From the NCBI RefSeq assembly GCF_018350175.1, contig NC_058372.1, positions 140,244,001-140,308,000 on the forward strand: DNA of 64,000 nt, in the 5' to 3' direction. The notes under the pieces are model-generated. The model searched no databases and was not told where the DNA came from. It saw only the letters and a program-made list of their open reading frames with translations. Of the stretch, positions 12,311 to 24,599 are shown one piece after another; position 1 is the stretch's first letter, and every line of letters begins with the position of its first letter. The translations under genes and the position numbers were made by a program. This DNA comes from Felis catus. Lineage: Eukaryota.

Positions 12311-12921
12311 CTGTTCACCCAAATGGACCACAGACCATAGCATGGCGGGGCCCACTGGCCCTAGAAGGTATCATGCTCTTCTTATTCTGACATCACAGAA
12401 CCTGACCCTGAAAGTTTGGGTGGATATTTCAACTGGAAACTGAGACTGGTAATGTCAACAAGAGAGGCACGGGAGGAGAAGGCTGCTGGGATCAAAACGA
12501 GGTCCAAATGCAGGGGACGCACCCTTCCTCTCCTACCCCTTCCCATCACTTCACAACACTCTCCTCAGCCCTTATTCTCTCCCTCTCCCCTAAGGTATGC
12601 CACCCAGGCATCAGGAACCTGACCCAAGAACAGCCGTGTCCCTTTTTTAAAAAAAAAAATATCTCTTTTATGTATGGTTGACGAAAAAAGTCATATCTAG
12701 ATTGCACTTGGATGCAGAAAATATGGGGGTTAATGCTTTTCTCCTCGTGCTCCAATCTAGGTTACCAGAGAGTTCTTTTCATTGAGTTTTTCACCCCAAA
12801 CCCGATAGCCATGCAATGGTACTCTGGTTTCCTTTGCTAATGTCCCTTCTGTATGTATTTCTATCAGGAACCTCTTGGAGAAGAAGGTGTCACCCGTGGA
12901 AGAATGACTGGGTCCCTGGCC

Positions 12922-13055
12922 CAGCAGTGGTCAGACTTTACTGGGCACACAAATCAGTGCTGGGGTAGGGTGTGTGGGTCTTGTGAAATGCAGATTCCCA
13001 TCCAAGTAGGTCTGGAGTGAGACTCTGATATGCACTTCGAACAAACTTCCAAGTT
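12922..13055. mobile_element. MER5-type hAT-Charlie fragment
   Basis: CAGCAGTGGTC...GTGAAATGCAGATTCCCA...GTAGGTCTGGAGTGAG. Confidence 0.55.
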
Positions 13056-13164
13056 AACAAAAGCCTCGGCCATCTTTTGACCTCCCCAATTTCCCGAAAT
13101 AAGAAAGTACCTGATTCCTTTAAATGAAATTATGACTTAAATCACAGAAGATATTTATGCCATA

Positions 13165-13567
13165 TCCTATGGGCTGAATTGCATCCCCTCTAAATTTCCG
13201 TGTTGAAGTCCTGGTGCCCAGTACCCTAAATGTGACAGTATTTGGAGACAGGATCTTTAAAGATGTGTTGAGTTAAAATGAGGGCGTTGGGGTGGACTCT
13301 AATTCAACCCGACTGGTATCCCTACAGGAAGAGGAGATTTGGACACACAAAGAGACACAAGGGGCACTCCACAAAGGAAAGAGCATATGAGGACACAGCA
13401 AGAAGACAGCCATGTGCAAGCCAAGGAGAGAGGCCTCAGGGAAAACCAAACCGGCTGACAACCTGGCCTCGGACTTTCAGCCTCTAGACCCGTGGAAAAT
13501 AAATCTCTGCTGTCGAAGCCACCCAGTTCGGGCTATTTTGTTATTGCGACCCTAGCAAACTAATACC
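13165..13567 (+). mobile_element. MLT1A/B solo LTR (MaLR)
   Basis: Starts T.CTATGGGCTGAATTG; contains GGACTTTCAGCCTCTAGA; ends CTAGCAAACTAATAC; ~400 bp. Confidence 0.92.
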
Positions 13568-13639
13568 TTGTGGTATTAAAAGAATTTGCAATCTTTGGGA
13601 AGTAACAAAAATAGTACAGGGAACTTCAAGTTGAAAATA

Positions 13640-14040
13640 GGCACTTACAGAATAGTCCATCTGACTTTCAAAAATGGAAACAGCATGAATTCCAAAAATT
13701 GCAGGTGAGCACAGTTGAAATGAATTCCCGTGGCAAAATTTTGGACAGGATTGTTAAATAGGTGGCTGGTGAGCTCTTAGAAAATAGAGCCATAAGGGAA
13801 AAGCTGGGTTCACTCAGATTGTCATGCTGAGCAAACCTCATTTCCTGTGCTGATAGGGTGGTAGGTGGAGATTATGGGAAGGCCACAATCATACGGTATC
13901 TAGATTTCAGTAAGACATTTAGTAAGAGGCTGTCCTGTGATCCTTCAGGGAAAGAAACGGAAATGTAGAATGGACCAGGTTTGGCATTGGGTGGATTTGT
14001 GTCTGACTGAAATCCATGACCCTAGGATGTTAATCAAGGA
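13640..14040 (+). mobile_element. CR1/L3 LINE reverse-transcriptase fragment
   Basis: Encodes SC*ANLIS (~13822-13845) and YLDFSKTF (13897-13920), degenerate forms of the CR1 RT motifs SCxTNLI and YLDFSKAFD. Confidence 0.75.
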
Positions 14041-14164
14041 AGCATTATAAACTTGCAGATGAAGACCACAGTTATGCCCATAACAATGACAAGTTACAGC
14101 TCTAATTGCATACATGCAAACACAGAAATTATGTGTGGCAAAGATTGCTCATTTCTTCCAATTT

Positions 14165-14570
14165 TCCTCTTCTTTCAGAGAATAGAATGTTTAGCTAAGG
14201 AGATGAACATCCGGGAAAAAAGAAAAAAGAAAGACTACATTTCCAGCTTTTTTTTACAAGCTGGTGTAGCCATGTGACTAAGTTCTGTCCAACAGGATGA
14301 AAGCAGATGTGATGTGTTCTGGGGACGACGTCCTTAAAAGGAAGATGTGTCTCCCCCTTTACCGTTTACCACGTCTTATTGAATAGAATAGAAGCATGTT
14401 GGTGAGCCAACTTGGCCGAGGCATGGTGGACAGACGAGATTTCTGACCCCAAGGAGAATTCAGCCCAAGACTCTTTATACCCAGAGAGTTAAGAAAGAAA
14501 TACGCTTCTATCTTGTTTAAGTCACCGTTATGCTGAAACTCTGTCTGAGCACCTGCACTTATAGCCTAAG
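14165..14570 (+). mobile_element. LTR16/LTR33-like ERVL LTR
   Basis: GACTACATTTCCAGC...GCTGGTGTAGCCATGTGACTAAGTTCTGTCCAA motif. Confidence 0.7.
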
Positions 14571-15236
14571 TAATTGAACATGTTTATCCGATTGGCAGAG
14601 GGCTCTAAGCTAGGGAAAATAACCAACACATTCAACATCAATCAGGAGACCAAGAAAATCTCAATAGAATAGAATGAAAGCCCAAACTCATATGATGCAT
14701 TTTAACAGTCATACATTTACGTTAAAATAATAAATTGCATAATAAAGTGCAGGAAGATCCACCATAAAACAAGTTCGTGTGTTTAAAAAAAAGGGTTTTA
14801 TATGACTTCAAAGCCACAATCTCAGTGCTGTAGTAAGTAAATATGGTCTCAGTGATATTAAGAACATCACCCAGTCCATTCTGACCAAACAGGAAAGCAG
14901 CCAGAGGGGGACTGGGACACAAAGTACAATGAAGACAACTGTAGTCCCTTAACTGAATGGGCTGCTTTCCACGGGTGCACAAAGAAAAAATGGCTTCATT
15001 CTCTCCCACACGGGCTTCAGACATACTGGGTTGAATCTCTTCCTTCCTTACCACATCACACCTCACGCAGGCTCTGTGTCTTTGGAATCACATTCATTTC
15101 TAATGGTCTCATGATTCAAAACTCATTTTAGATATTAGAAATTTTGGTCTTGATGAAGGACAGCTGTGAGGGGAGGCTATTTCACCATAGGTCTCTGGGC
15201 TTAGAAACATAAATTCCAGTATAAATCAAAAGTTCA

Positions 15237-15460
15237 GGGGCGCCTGGGTAGCTCAGCTGGTGAAGCATCCAACCAAGTCAAGTCATGATCTCGTGGTCCA
15301 TGAGTTCGAGCCCCGTGTCGGGCTCTGTGCTGACAGCTCAGGGCCTGGAGCCTGCTTCCGATTCTGTGTCTCCCTCTCTCTCTCCCCCTCCTCCACTCAT
15401 GCCCTATCTCTCTATGTCTCTCTCTCTCTCTCTCTCAAAATAAATAAACATTAAAAAATT
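15237..15460 (+). mobile_element. Can-SINE
   Basis: Full element; TSD AAATCAAAAGTT on both sides. Confidence 0.95.
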
Positions 15461-15651
15461 AAATCAAAAGTTAAGTATCATGTCCAAGTTACAGTTCTGG
15501 CCAGGTTCCTGGATCAAAACCACAAGTAGGAGGGTATGAGCTGTATCATCATTCCCTCTCCTGGACCTCCTCACCCTCTTCTTGCAATCACCTTACTTCT
15601 TGAGGCATAACAGCTCAGAAAATGAGTAGAGAGAAATAGAACTACTACCAC

Positions 15652-15681
<30 letters not shown>
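15652..15681. repeat. (TAA)10 microsatellite
   Basis: Direct reading. Confidence 0.95.
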
Positions 15682-15683
<2 letters not shown>

Positions 15684-17159
15684 GGGATCAAAAGTTTGTT
15701 AACTTAGCTAAACCTACGGATGTCCTCTCTCTTGGCAATTGCCAGCCGGCTGTCCTTTTTTCCACCATGGCAGGGGTACAGATGTTGGCCCGCTCACAGA
15801 GCTTATTTCGAGGTCCATCAGTGACCCTCACAGGAATCTCTAAGCTCTGCAACTCCCCAACTTGGTCATGGGGTCCACCAGAATTTTCGTTAGCCTCTCC
15901 TCCCTGACATCTGTGCAGTGTAGCCCTCAGACTCTTACTTTTACTCGTACTATGCCCTCTTAAGCAAGGGCTGCCCTTGTGAGCAAGCGTTCATCAGGAT
16001 GGCCTGTCCCAGCTCCCCCGGGGCCACATTCACTGGGACCGTGCCTAGGACACAGTCTCGATCCTACAGACATTAGGAGCAAGTACCAGCTGCCTGCACC
16101 ACAGGCAGATTCTGCCAGACGTGGGTCTTCAGTATCCTCCAGGCAGGAAGCAAATACCAGTCTCCAAGTTCACACATCCTGAGCCTCCAGGGAACAGATC
16201 TCACGCTTCTTCAAGAACACCTCACTCGTCTCTGCTTGGATGCACCAAGGTAAGCCCGAGAGCTCCCACCACCCATGTGCCAGGCTTACCTCTGGCACGC
16301 GCCCCAATCCCTGTGAAATTCTTTTGGAGCCCTTCATGCTTGTTGGGGGGCACGTCTTCATTCCCCATAGGAAAAGAAGGAGAAGAACCAAATATTTCCC
16401 CCTCAGTCGGCGGATCCCTGTGCCGATCCAGTCAATTGTCTGAACTCTTTGTCTCCCTCTACAGGCTAGATGGCCTGCTGGAGGTGAGGGGCAAAGGACC
16501 GATGTGTCCACATCTCATTACATCCACTGAGCGTGTGGCCGCCGTCCCTTAGAATGAGAGAGGATTGGGGACCTGAATGGCACTGCTAACTGTTCCCCCC
16601 AAAACATTCTCTTCTTCTTTCATAGCACATAGCTAAAAGCACCTAGTTACCCCACAAATAACTTTATTTCCCTCACCTCTTTGTAGCTAAGAGTCTGGAT
16701 TCAGATTTAGGTCTAACATTAGACTAAGTCGCGTGAGTTTAGAATGCCAGCAGGTGGGGCACACTCTCTTCGGGGTGCTGTTGTTGGTCGCGGGGTCAAG
16801 GCTTCACCTCTGCGCCGTGTCTCCCGGCCGTGCCCCAGGTTGATCTGACCTCGTGTCATTTCTTAATCTCAGCATCATTTCCCACCTGGAGAGGGAGAAA
16901 ATGTTCAAAACCAACAAGTCCTGCCTCCTGTCTGTTTCTAACAGTCTTTCCTGTACTTTCTCTCTCCTGTCTGCTTCCAATGTCCTCAGCTACAGACCAG
17001 CCGGTTCATCGGGTGCACTTTTCACATCCATGTTGATACAGGTGAAAACCTCGCTAAACTTTCCACCACAAAGTAACAAGCAGAGTTTGCAGTGAGGTTT
17101 TCCTTGCTTTTCTTTAAGCACCCCGCCCCCCCGACAGCTTCCCTGGAGACTGCATTCAT

Positions 17160-17373
17160 TTTATTTTTTAATTACTCTTAATGTTTATTATGTATTGAGA
17201 GAGACAGAGTGCGAGTGGGGGAGGGGCAGAGAGAGGGAGACACAGAATCGGAAGCGGGCTCCAGGCTCTGAGCTGACAGCACAGCCCCAACCCGGGGCTT
17301 GAACCCACAAACTGCCAGATCAGGATCTGAGCCAAAGTCGGATGCTCAACCGACTGAGCCACTGAGGCTCCCC
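17160..17373 (-). mobile_element. Can-SINE
   Basis: Reverse-complement body GAGGGAGACACAGAATC...CAACCGACTGAGCCAC. Confidence 0.95.
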
Positions 17374-17775
17374 GAGACTGAATTTCCATGGGAAATTTTT
17401 TTGTGGCTTTTCAAGCTTTTCCGCACTCCTCAAAGTCTTTCCAGCCTCTGCCCACTGTCCCATTTCAAAGCCACTCCTACATGACCCGGGACAAAGCACA
17501 AGGTAGGCACGGGGAGCAGGGGACATGCTGCCCCATCTTGTCATAGAACAGACATGTGTATTCACTCCCACCCCATCTTGTCATAGAAGGGACATGAGGG
17601 GAATTCTGGTGTAGATAATTACTCACGCGTGGAGAAGAGGCAGGAAAAAGGTCCCCACGTCCTGGCGTCCCTTTGTGCTGTCCTGAACAAGGAACACGAC
17701 CTGTTGGGTGTTTGTTCCAGAAGCACCCCACTTCCCCTTCTGTGCAATAAATTAACCTCAAAATGTACTGGTTTA

Positions 17776-18005
17776 GGGGCACCCGAGTGGCTCCATCGGT
17801 TAAGCGTCGGACTCTCGGTTTCCGCTCGGGCCATGATCTCACGGTTCGTTTGACCGAGCCCTACGTGGAGCTCCGTGCCGACGGTGCCGAGCCTGCTTGG
17901 GATTCTCTCTTCCTCTCTCTTTGCCACAAGTGGGGGAGGCCCCGCCTGTGCTCGCTCTCCCTTTCGCTCTCTCTCTCTCTCAAAATAAATATAGAAACAT
18001 TCAAA
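17776..18005 (+). mobile_element. Can-SINE
   Basis: GGGGCACCCGAGTGGCTC head, (CT)n, AAAATAAAT tail. Confidence 0.95.
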
Positions 18006-18101
18006 AAGATTAGGGGCTTAAAACACAGTTGTCTTGGGTCTGGAATGTGGGACTTAAATTAAGTGGTTCTGCCTCAGACTCTTAAGCTGGCAGTCAGGAT
18101 A

Positions 18102-18343
18102 CGCTATGGACCCCATGCCTTTGTTCTCCTCAGATGTGTATGTCGAAACCCTAACCCCCAACAGGATGGTATTAGGAAGTGGAGCCTCGGAGAGGTAATT
18201 AAGTAGAGATGAGGTCTTGAGAGCGGAGGCCCTGTGACGTCAGCATCCTTGGACTTCCCAGCCTCCAGAACTGTGAGAACTGAACTTTTGTTGTTCCGGC
18301 CACCCGGCCTGTGGTATCTTGTTATAGCAGACCGAACTAAAGC
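18102..18343 (+). mobile_element. MLT1A-type LTR with internal deletion
   Basis: 5' GCTATGGA...GAAACCCTAACCCCCAA...GGTATTAGG joined to 3' GGACTTCCCAGCCTCCAGAACTGTGAG...GTTATAGCAG. Confidence 0.8.
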
Positions 18344-18344
18344 A

Positions 18345-18470
18345 AGATGTCAGCAGGAGCTCGGTCATCTCAAAGCTTGACTGGGGCTGCAGGATCTAAT
18401 TTCTGCAGAGGGTCCATTCACATGGCTGTTGGCAGGGAGCCCCAGCTGCTTTACCACTTGGGCCCTCCCG
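18345..18470 (-). mobile_element. Older MLT1 LTR fragment
   Basis: GGCTTGACTGGGGCTG-like motif followed by CATTCACATGGCTGTTGGCAG. Confidence 0.6.
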
Positions 18471-18479
18471 TGATTCTGA

Positions 18480-19868
18480 GGCCAGGACAAAGTAAGTACG
18501 AGATGATCCTAGAATATCTTTTAGCGCCAGAAAGAAAGGAAGTCCTAAAAAAATTTTTTTTTTAATTTTAAGTTTATTTATTTAGAGAGAGACAGAGAGA
18601 GGGAGCAGGGGAGGGGCAGAGAGAGAGGGAGAGAGAGACTCCAAAGGAGGCTCCATACTGTCAGCACAGAGCCCAATGTGGGGCTCGAACTCACAAACCG
18701 TGAGATCGTGACCTGAGCTTGAACCAAGAGTTGGAGGCTTAACCGACTGAGCCACTTAGGCGACCCTAAAAGAATTTTTTTTTTTTTAATGAGGGCATGT
18801 TGAAAGGACCAAAGAACCAAGCTTAAAGGCTCCCAGTGGCCTAAGCTACTATGACTTGAGCAACATAATAAATAACAATATATTGGATTATCATCTCCAA
18901 AAAAAGAAGTATCCATAAGCCTATGTTTCTATAAATAAATAACTGAATAAATAGACAAAAGAGAGAGAACAAATCTTCCTGAAAGAAGAATTTCATTTAA
19001 CAGATATAGAAGGAATTAGGGAAATAGAAAATCACCACTGGAACATCACCATAATCATTGCTGCAGGCAAGGTTAATTGATAATTATTAAAACTAGTGGG
19101 TGAACTTTTAAGAAGAAACAAAAGTGCTTGCATCCATTTGTATCCTTCTTCAAATTTACTAATTATGGCTGTGGCTTGAAAACACAACCCCAAATTCTTT
19201 GATAGGCCTCCCTTTGGGAGGTGGGGGTTAATTCCCCTTCCCTTGAGTGTGGGCCGGATTTAGTGCCTGCCTCTAAGGGACAGACTACTACGACAAGGGG
19301 GAAAGCGTAACTTTACAGCGCAGAGAGCTAATGGACATCACCTTAACCAAGTGACCAGGGTTAACATCACCTGTCATTAGCCTTCTTGATATGATGCGCT
19401 CGTTGAGATGGTACAATGAGAAAGGCAATCACCTTTGTGATATCCTTCCCCCAAATCCATGACCCCAGTATATTTCTGACAGCACGTCAGATAAATTCAA
19501 ATTGAGGGGCATTCTTCAAAATACCTGGCCATTAGTCTTTAGAATGTTTGAGGTCATGAAAGACAAAGACACAGAAATGGTCCCAGACTGGAGACCCTAC
19601 AAAGACATGACGCCCAATTGTCGTATGATATTTTGAATGGGATCCTGGAACAGAAAACGCGGATTAATGGTAAATTCAAATAAAGTCAGTAGCTTAGTTC
19701 ATGGCATTACCCCAAAATTAATCTCTTGATTTAGATGAATGTGCCATGGTTTGTGAGGGGTTAATCTTAGGGAAAGCCAGGTGAAGGTGTATGGGGACAC
19801 TCTAAAATCTCTTCGTAACTCTTTAGTAAATCTAAAATCATTTCAAACTAAAAAGTTAAAAAAAAAAT
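18480..19868 (+). mobile_element. L1MC-type 3' UTR fragment
   Basis: AAAGGCTCCCAGTGGCC, GGAAATAGAAAATCACCA, GTGACCAGGGTTAACATCACC, GGGATCCTGGAACAGAAAA; ends TCTAAAATCATTTCAAACTAAAAAG-poly(A). Confidence 0.8.
18553..18766 (-). mobile_element. Can-SINE inserted in L1MC
   Basis: Full element; flanks CTAAAAAAATTTT / CTAAAAGAATTTT. Confidence 0.95.
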
Positions 19869-20679
19869 AGATCTGGTTTCAAATAATTTGGTGAGAGTTG
19901 TGGATGATGAGATCTCTCACCTGTGAGGTAGGGAGTCAAGTCATTTGCTGAGAAAAATAAGGATAGAGCAAAGACTTGCTACAACGTCTATTCTGCATTT
20001 TAACAAATTATCCAAAAAAAGTCACTGTGCCATGCTGCAGTCAGGCAATGTCTCCATATATCTGCCACCCCTGTGCTCCATGGGCATGCTATAGTGACGT
20101 AAAAGTTCAAACCCATCTTTCCTGCAAAAGGAGAAGTTACCAGCTTGGTGCTCTGAGGCAGTAAATGATGACCTTTCGCCTGGGCCAAGCACGAATTCCA
20201 ATGTCCCTCTCGGCGACACGAGGAAACATTATCTCTGGTCACTGAACCCAGGATCATGTGTTTAACTATGTAATGCCCCTGGCATGCGAGGTGCTAATCA
20301 TTCATATAGAGCTAAGATTGGTAAGAAAAATATACTGTTTATCCAAGTTTCATTCTTATAATACCCTGTTACATTGGCATACAGTTCAAAACTTCCATAT
20401 TAGTAGGTATGTCACTAACATCTAGTTGAAATGCATAAAAGCAAGTAACACTTAGCACGAGCATTTAGCTTCACGGTCTAACTGGAACGATGTCTTTATT
20501 TTTCTTAAATATTTGATACATTACACCATCCAGATAGAAAATAAAACACAGAGTGTATGATACCCACATACTAACCATAAAAACAACCATATTGTAACAG
20601 CAAAATATATTTATAAAATTGGTCAAGGAAACTGAATTTAACATATGCTGTTATCATACAAGTATTTTTAATGGAATAA

Positions 20680-20870
20680 CACTTCGTATTTATATAGCAC
20701 CTTTCGTCTAAGGAGCAAAAATATGGTACAGATATTATTCATTCTCACACCATCCTTGACAGGTGGGTAAGTAGCAACATTTCTAACCAAGTCTTTTAAT
20801 CGCTAGGAAACCAAGACAGGCATAGACAGAGCAAACAAATCACATACAGTGAGCCAGAAACTTGGAATTT
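20680..20870 (-). mobile_element. Ancient MIR-family (CORE-SINE) fragment
   Basis: ATTTATATAGCACCTTTC...CATTCTCACACCATCCTTGACAGGTGGGTAAG...GGAAACCAAGACAG. Confidence 0.6.
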
Positions 20871-21719
20871 TCCAGCCCCTATTGCCCAATGTGTTCTACC
20901 TGCTTTATTTTCTGAAATCTGAAACAGCTGGTTTGAATACCAGTGGGGGGAAAGAAAAGAGAACAGTGGGGGGATAAAACAGGTATATGCCAGCCTCTTA
21001 GGAAGCTAATGATAGAAATTAAACTGGAAACTGCTGAAAGTTAGAAATAGTGCCCAAACTTCAATCCTGTACTTGGACCATCAATACTGCAGCCCAGGAA
21101 AAATTAAATCGTGGTCAAGGTCTTCTGTTGTCATACCAACTGAAGTAAAGCCCATGTCCCAATCAATTGTCATATAATATGTGGGTTGATCAATAGCATA
21201 TCAACTAGCAATAGAGGATAAATCTATTTGAGGAGCATGGGAATTTTTGCACAGAACATAACTTCAACCAGATAGGAGATGTTACATGATGCAATCCTGA
21301 GAAGCCCTTTAGAAAATGTTTCAAAGGACTAAAAAATTCTCTTTAAAGGTAACTGCAACTTATAGTTGGAGCTTAAGGGGATGTCTTAAATAAGAAAGTC
21401 ACCTGAGGATGAATTCCTTAAGAGCAGAAATGTCTTCTAAAAGGTTTTAATATATTCAATCTACAATGACATCTAAGATTTCCAAAGGTACAGTGCCCAT
21501 GTTTTTTTTTTTTTTCAAATAATAGGCAGTGTCTGAGAACATTTATCAAAAATATCTATGGATTCAACCAATGTTGACAAATCCAGGGGAAAAAGTCATA
21601 CACAGAGGGAAAGATGAAAATGCTCTCAGGGGTAAATTTCTGAGTCAAAGGGTCAACAAAGGAAAGTCACATTATATTCTAATAACAAATTTCAATAATA
21701 TAAAAAAAAACCAAAATAA

Positions 21720-21910
21720 CAGTCCATATTTTCTACGCACTTTTTGTATACCAGGACGGGTAGGGTGGCAGGATCACACACGCATTATTTCATTTCGTCA
21801 TCACAAAACTCATTTGAGATGTTCCCATCTTCTATATTCAGGGAGGTGAAGAAACTTGTCAAAGGTCCAGCAGGGGCGAATAGCTGTCTGACTCCAACCC
21901 CATTCACTGA
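21720..21910 (-). mobile_element. MIR fragment
   Basis: ATTATTTCATTT..TCATCACAAAAC...AAACTTGTCAAAGGTCCAGCAG. Confidence 0.6.
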
Positions 21911-24219
21911 AGCTGCCTAGCCTTTTCTCTGGCTTCTCAATTAGTGCAGAGAACTGAGTCTTATCTTTTGTTTCTTCCCCTGCACTGAGGAAACATCTAA
22001 AAGCCATCATTTTGTAACATTAAAAACTGGGAATCAAAAATCCATTAAAATCTTACTTATAGAAACTCTTCCCAAAGCCTGATAGCAAGTAATTCAGATG
22101 AAAAGCACATATTTCCACTACTTTGATGTTCATGAGTTTATACCACATGACACTTATTTTGAGCTTCATCCTTCCCTATCCAACTGCTTTTAAACTTAGG
22201 GTATTGTACCGTGAAGCCTCAAAGACTGTTAAAAGACTGTTAAGGAATCAAAAAAAAAAAACCCACAAAGCAACCAACTTCAAGACAGTTGATGATTCCC
22301 CCTTCAACAGACTAATTTATACGAAATACGGTGAATTACAATGATACACTTTAATTAATTAATTTAATTAATTAGTTAGTTAATTAATCAATGCCCCTGG
22401 CAGATAAAGTTTTCTTATCCAGAGACCTTCTTGGCCACAAAGGAGAAGGAAATGTAATGATCCTTCAGTAGTGTCTGAACTTCAAGACAGCTGGCGGCCC
22501 ACCTTGAGGGGAGCATGTCCTCTGTGAGGTCACAAAGAAAATTAGGTCTTCGAGAATGTACTGCGCAATCTGCACACGGGCCTCCAATGAATCAATTAGG
22601 AGAGAGATCCATTGTTACAAACAAGCAAATCACACCGGTCATCTTTTGCTTGCTTTTAATTCTTACTTCTACCCCTGGATTGATTTGCTTATAATCTGAC
22701 TAATCACTGAGGTTTAGGACTTCCCTCTTCCTAGGATCCAAAGCAAGAAAAGGAGGAGGAGGAGAGGCCCATCTCCACAGACCGCATCCTTGAAGTAAAG
22801 GTCTTTTCCCTTCACCTCCTTGACATCTACTACCACTGGGCTGTTTTCTTGTTACTACCACATGGGCTCCCCATCCTTGTGGGTGGTTCAAGCCTTGGCA
22901 TTCCTCGGGCCTCCCGCCCAACACCGAACGCCACTGTGTTACATCCGTGATAGAATTTCTCTTCCACCCGAACCACTCTTGAGTGGCCCTCTGGTGCTTT
23001 CACTTCCAAAGACTGGAAGCCCTTTCTACTGGGTTTGTCCAGGTCTTACGCTTACATTCAAGTCACGAGGCAGGCTCCCCCGGGCATCCGTGAACGCACA
23101 ATTTCCCCAATTCTCATTCTCCTCGCACAAAGACCAGGGTCGTCTTCTCTCCCTTTTCTCGGCCTCCTTTGTCAAATCTCTTCTGGCATTTTTGCGTGTG
23201 TTTAATCTCCTAACAAATGTTCAGCTATTTAACAGCCCTCTACTATGGACTAGGCACCCAACTATGCGCCAGGAATCAAAGATGAATAAGACACGTAAGT
23301 AAACTCATGCTCTTGTGAGGGAGATCAGTTTTTAGGCCGTTAGAGAAAGGGCAGGAGTAGAGCTAAGCCCGGGGCCCTCAAAAAGGGCCAACCCTCCCCC
23401 ACCTGGGGGCTCTGTCTCGCTCTCCTTATTCTTCGGGTTTTGTGTGCTTCCAGAGCTCAGTTTCATTTAAGTATTTAAATATTTCCCCTTTTCTCAACCT
23501 TCCCCCACAGACACCAGGTCAACCTGCCCACTTCTCGGTCTGAATCCTTCCCAGCCAGCAAGTCATATATACCTCGACTCATCACCTTCTCACGAGCATC
23601 AGAACACTCAAAACCCCCGTAATCAAACCCACCGCAGCCCACGGACTGCATTTCTTAACCCACGGATGATTTGGGGAAGGTGAATTTCCAGTAGAGTGTG
23701 CTTGAGATTAGCTTTGAAGTCCACAGGCATTCACCTTATCCTTTTTGCCTCAACTTCTGATCTTCATAAAGATGGGAAAAAAAAAGAAAAAGAAAAAGAA
23801 AAAAACCCCTCAGTTCATTTTCATTCCGCATACATCTTCAACCACTGGCCTTCCTTTTACCTAGCTAGTTTTGAATTGCATTGGCTAACTTCAGAGAAAT
23901 CATCTCTACTAAATTGGCTCTGAGAGTAATTGAGGCAGAAGACATATGCGGTCCCTCAGCCCCTGTTTTGGCTGTGCCCTCAGTTTTGAAACCAACAGCC
24001 TAATAAGAGGTCAGACACACGGGTTTTAAAGCCTCTGTATTTATCATATATTCAAAACCCTTCATCAGTTTATAAGCCTCACATTAAATGTCAGTTGTCA
24101 TTCTGTTTCTCACCATGATTCCTTAACAAACCAAAATAACATTACATCGTTTCTTTTCGAGAGAAAAACATGAACTCAAATGTGAACGAAATAGAGCGAT
24201 GGAGACGGGGACAGAAGCA

Positions 24220-24370
24220 GGGGTCTGACCTGCAGAACCACTTTCAAATCCTGCCCCACCTCTCATCATCCTGTGATCGGCCAGGAGTTATTGAACCTCC
24301 CTGAGCCTCAGCTCCCTTATCTAGTAAATGAAGAAAAGAATCATTCCTGCCCCATGAGGTGTTCATGAGG
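24220..24370 (+). mobile_element. MIR fragment
   Basis: TTGAACCTCCCTGAGCCTCAGCTCCCTTATCTAGTAAATG core. Confidence 0.7.
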
Positions 24371-24599
24371 AAAGGGGGAGTCCCCCTGGCCGGCCCTTCT
24401 CTGAAAGTCTCTGCCCCCTGGGCAGCCCACACTCCCGTCTCCTGCTGCTTCGGCCGGCCTCTTACAGGGGCCTCCACTCTGAGGCTTCCTCCCACCAGAT
24501 TTCATGTTTTCGCCCAAGACTTTCCCTTTTCCATTTTACAGGCTCTCTGGGAAATATCTCATCCTCATCGGTGGCTTTGATTTTCAGTTTTGTCTGAAA

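Noticed and set aside
22820-23302. 160-aa ORF
   Set aside because: It has a non-ATG start, runs into an L2 fragment and has chance-like composition.
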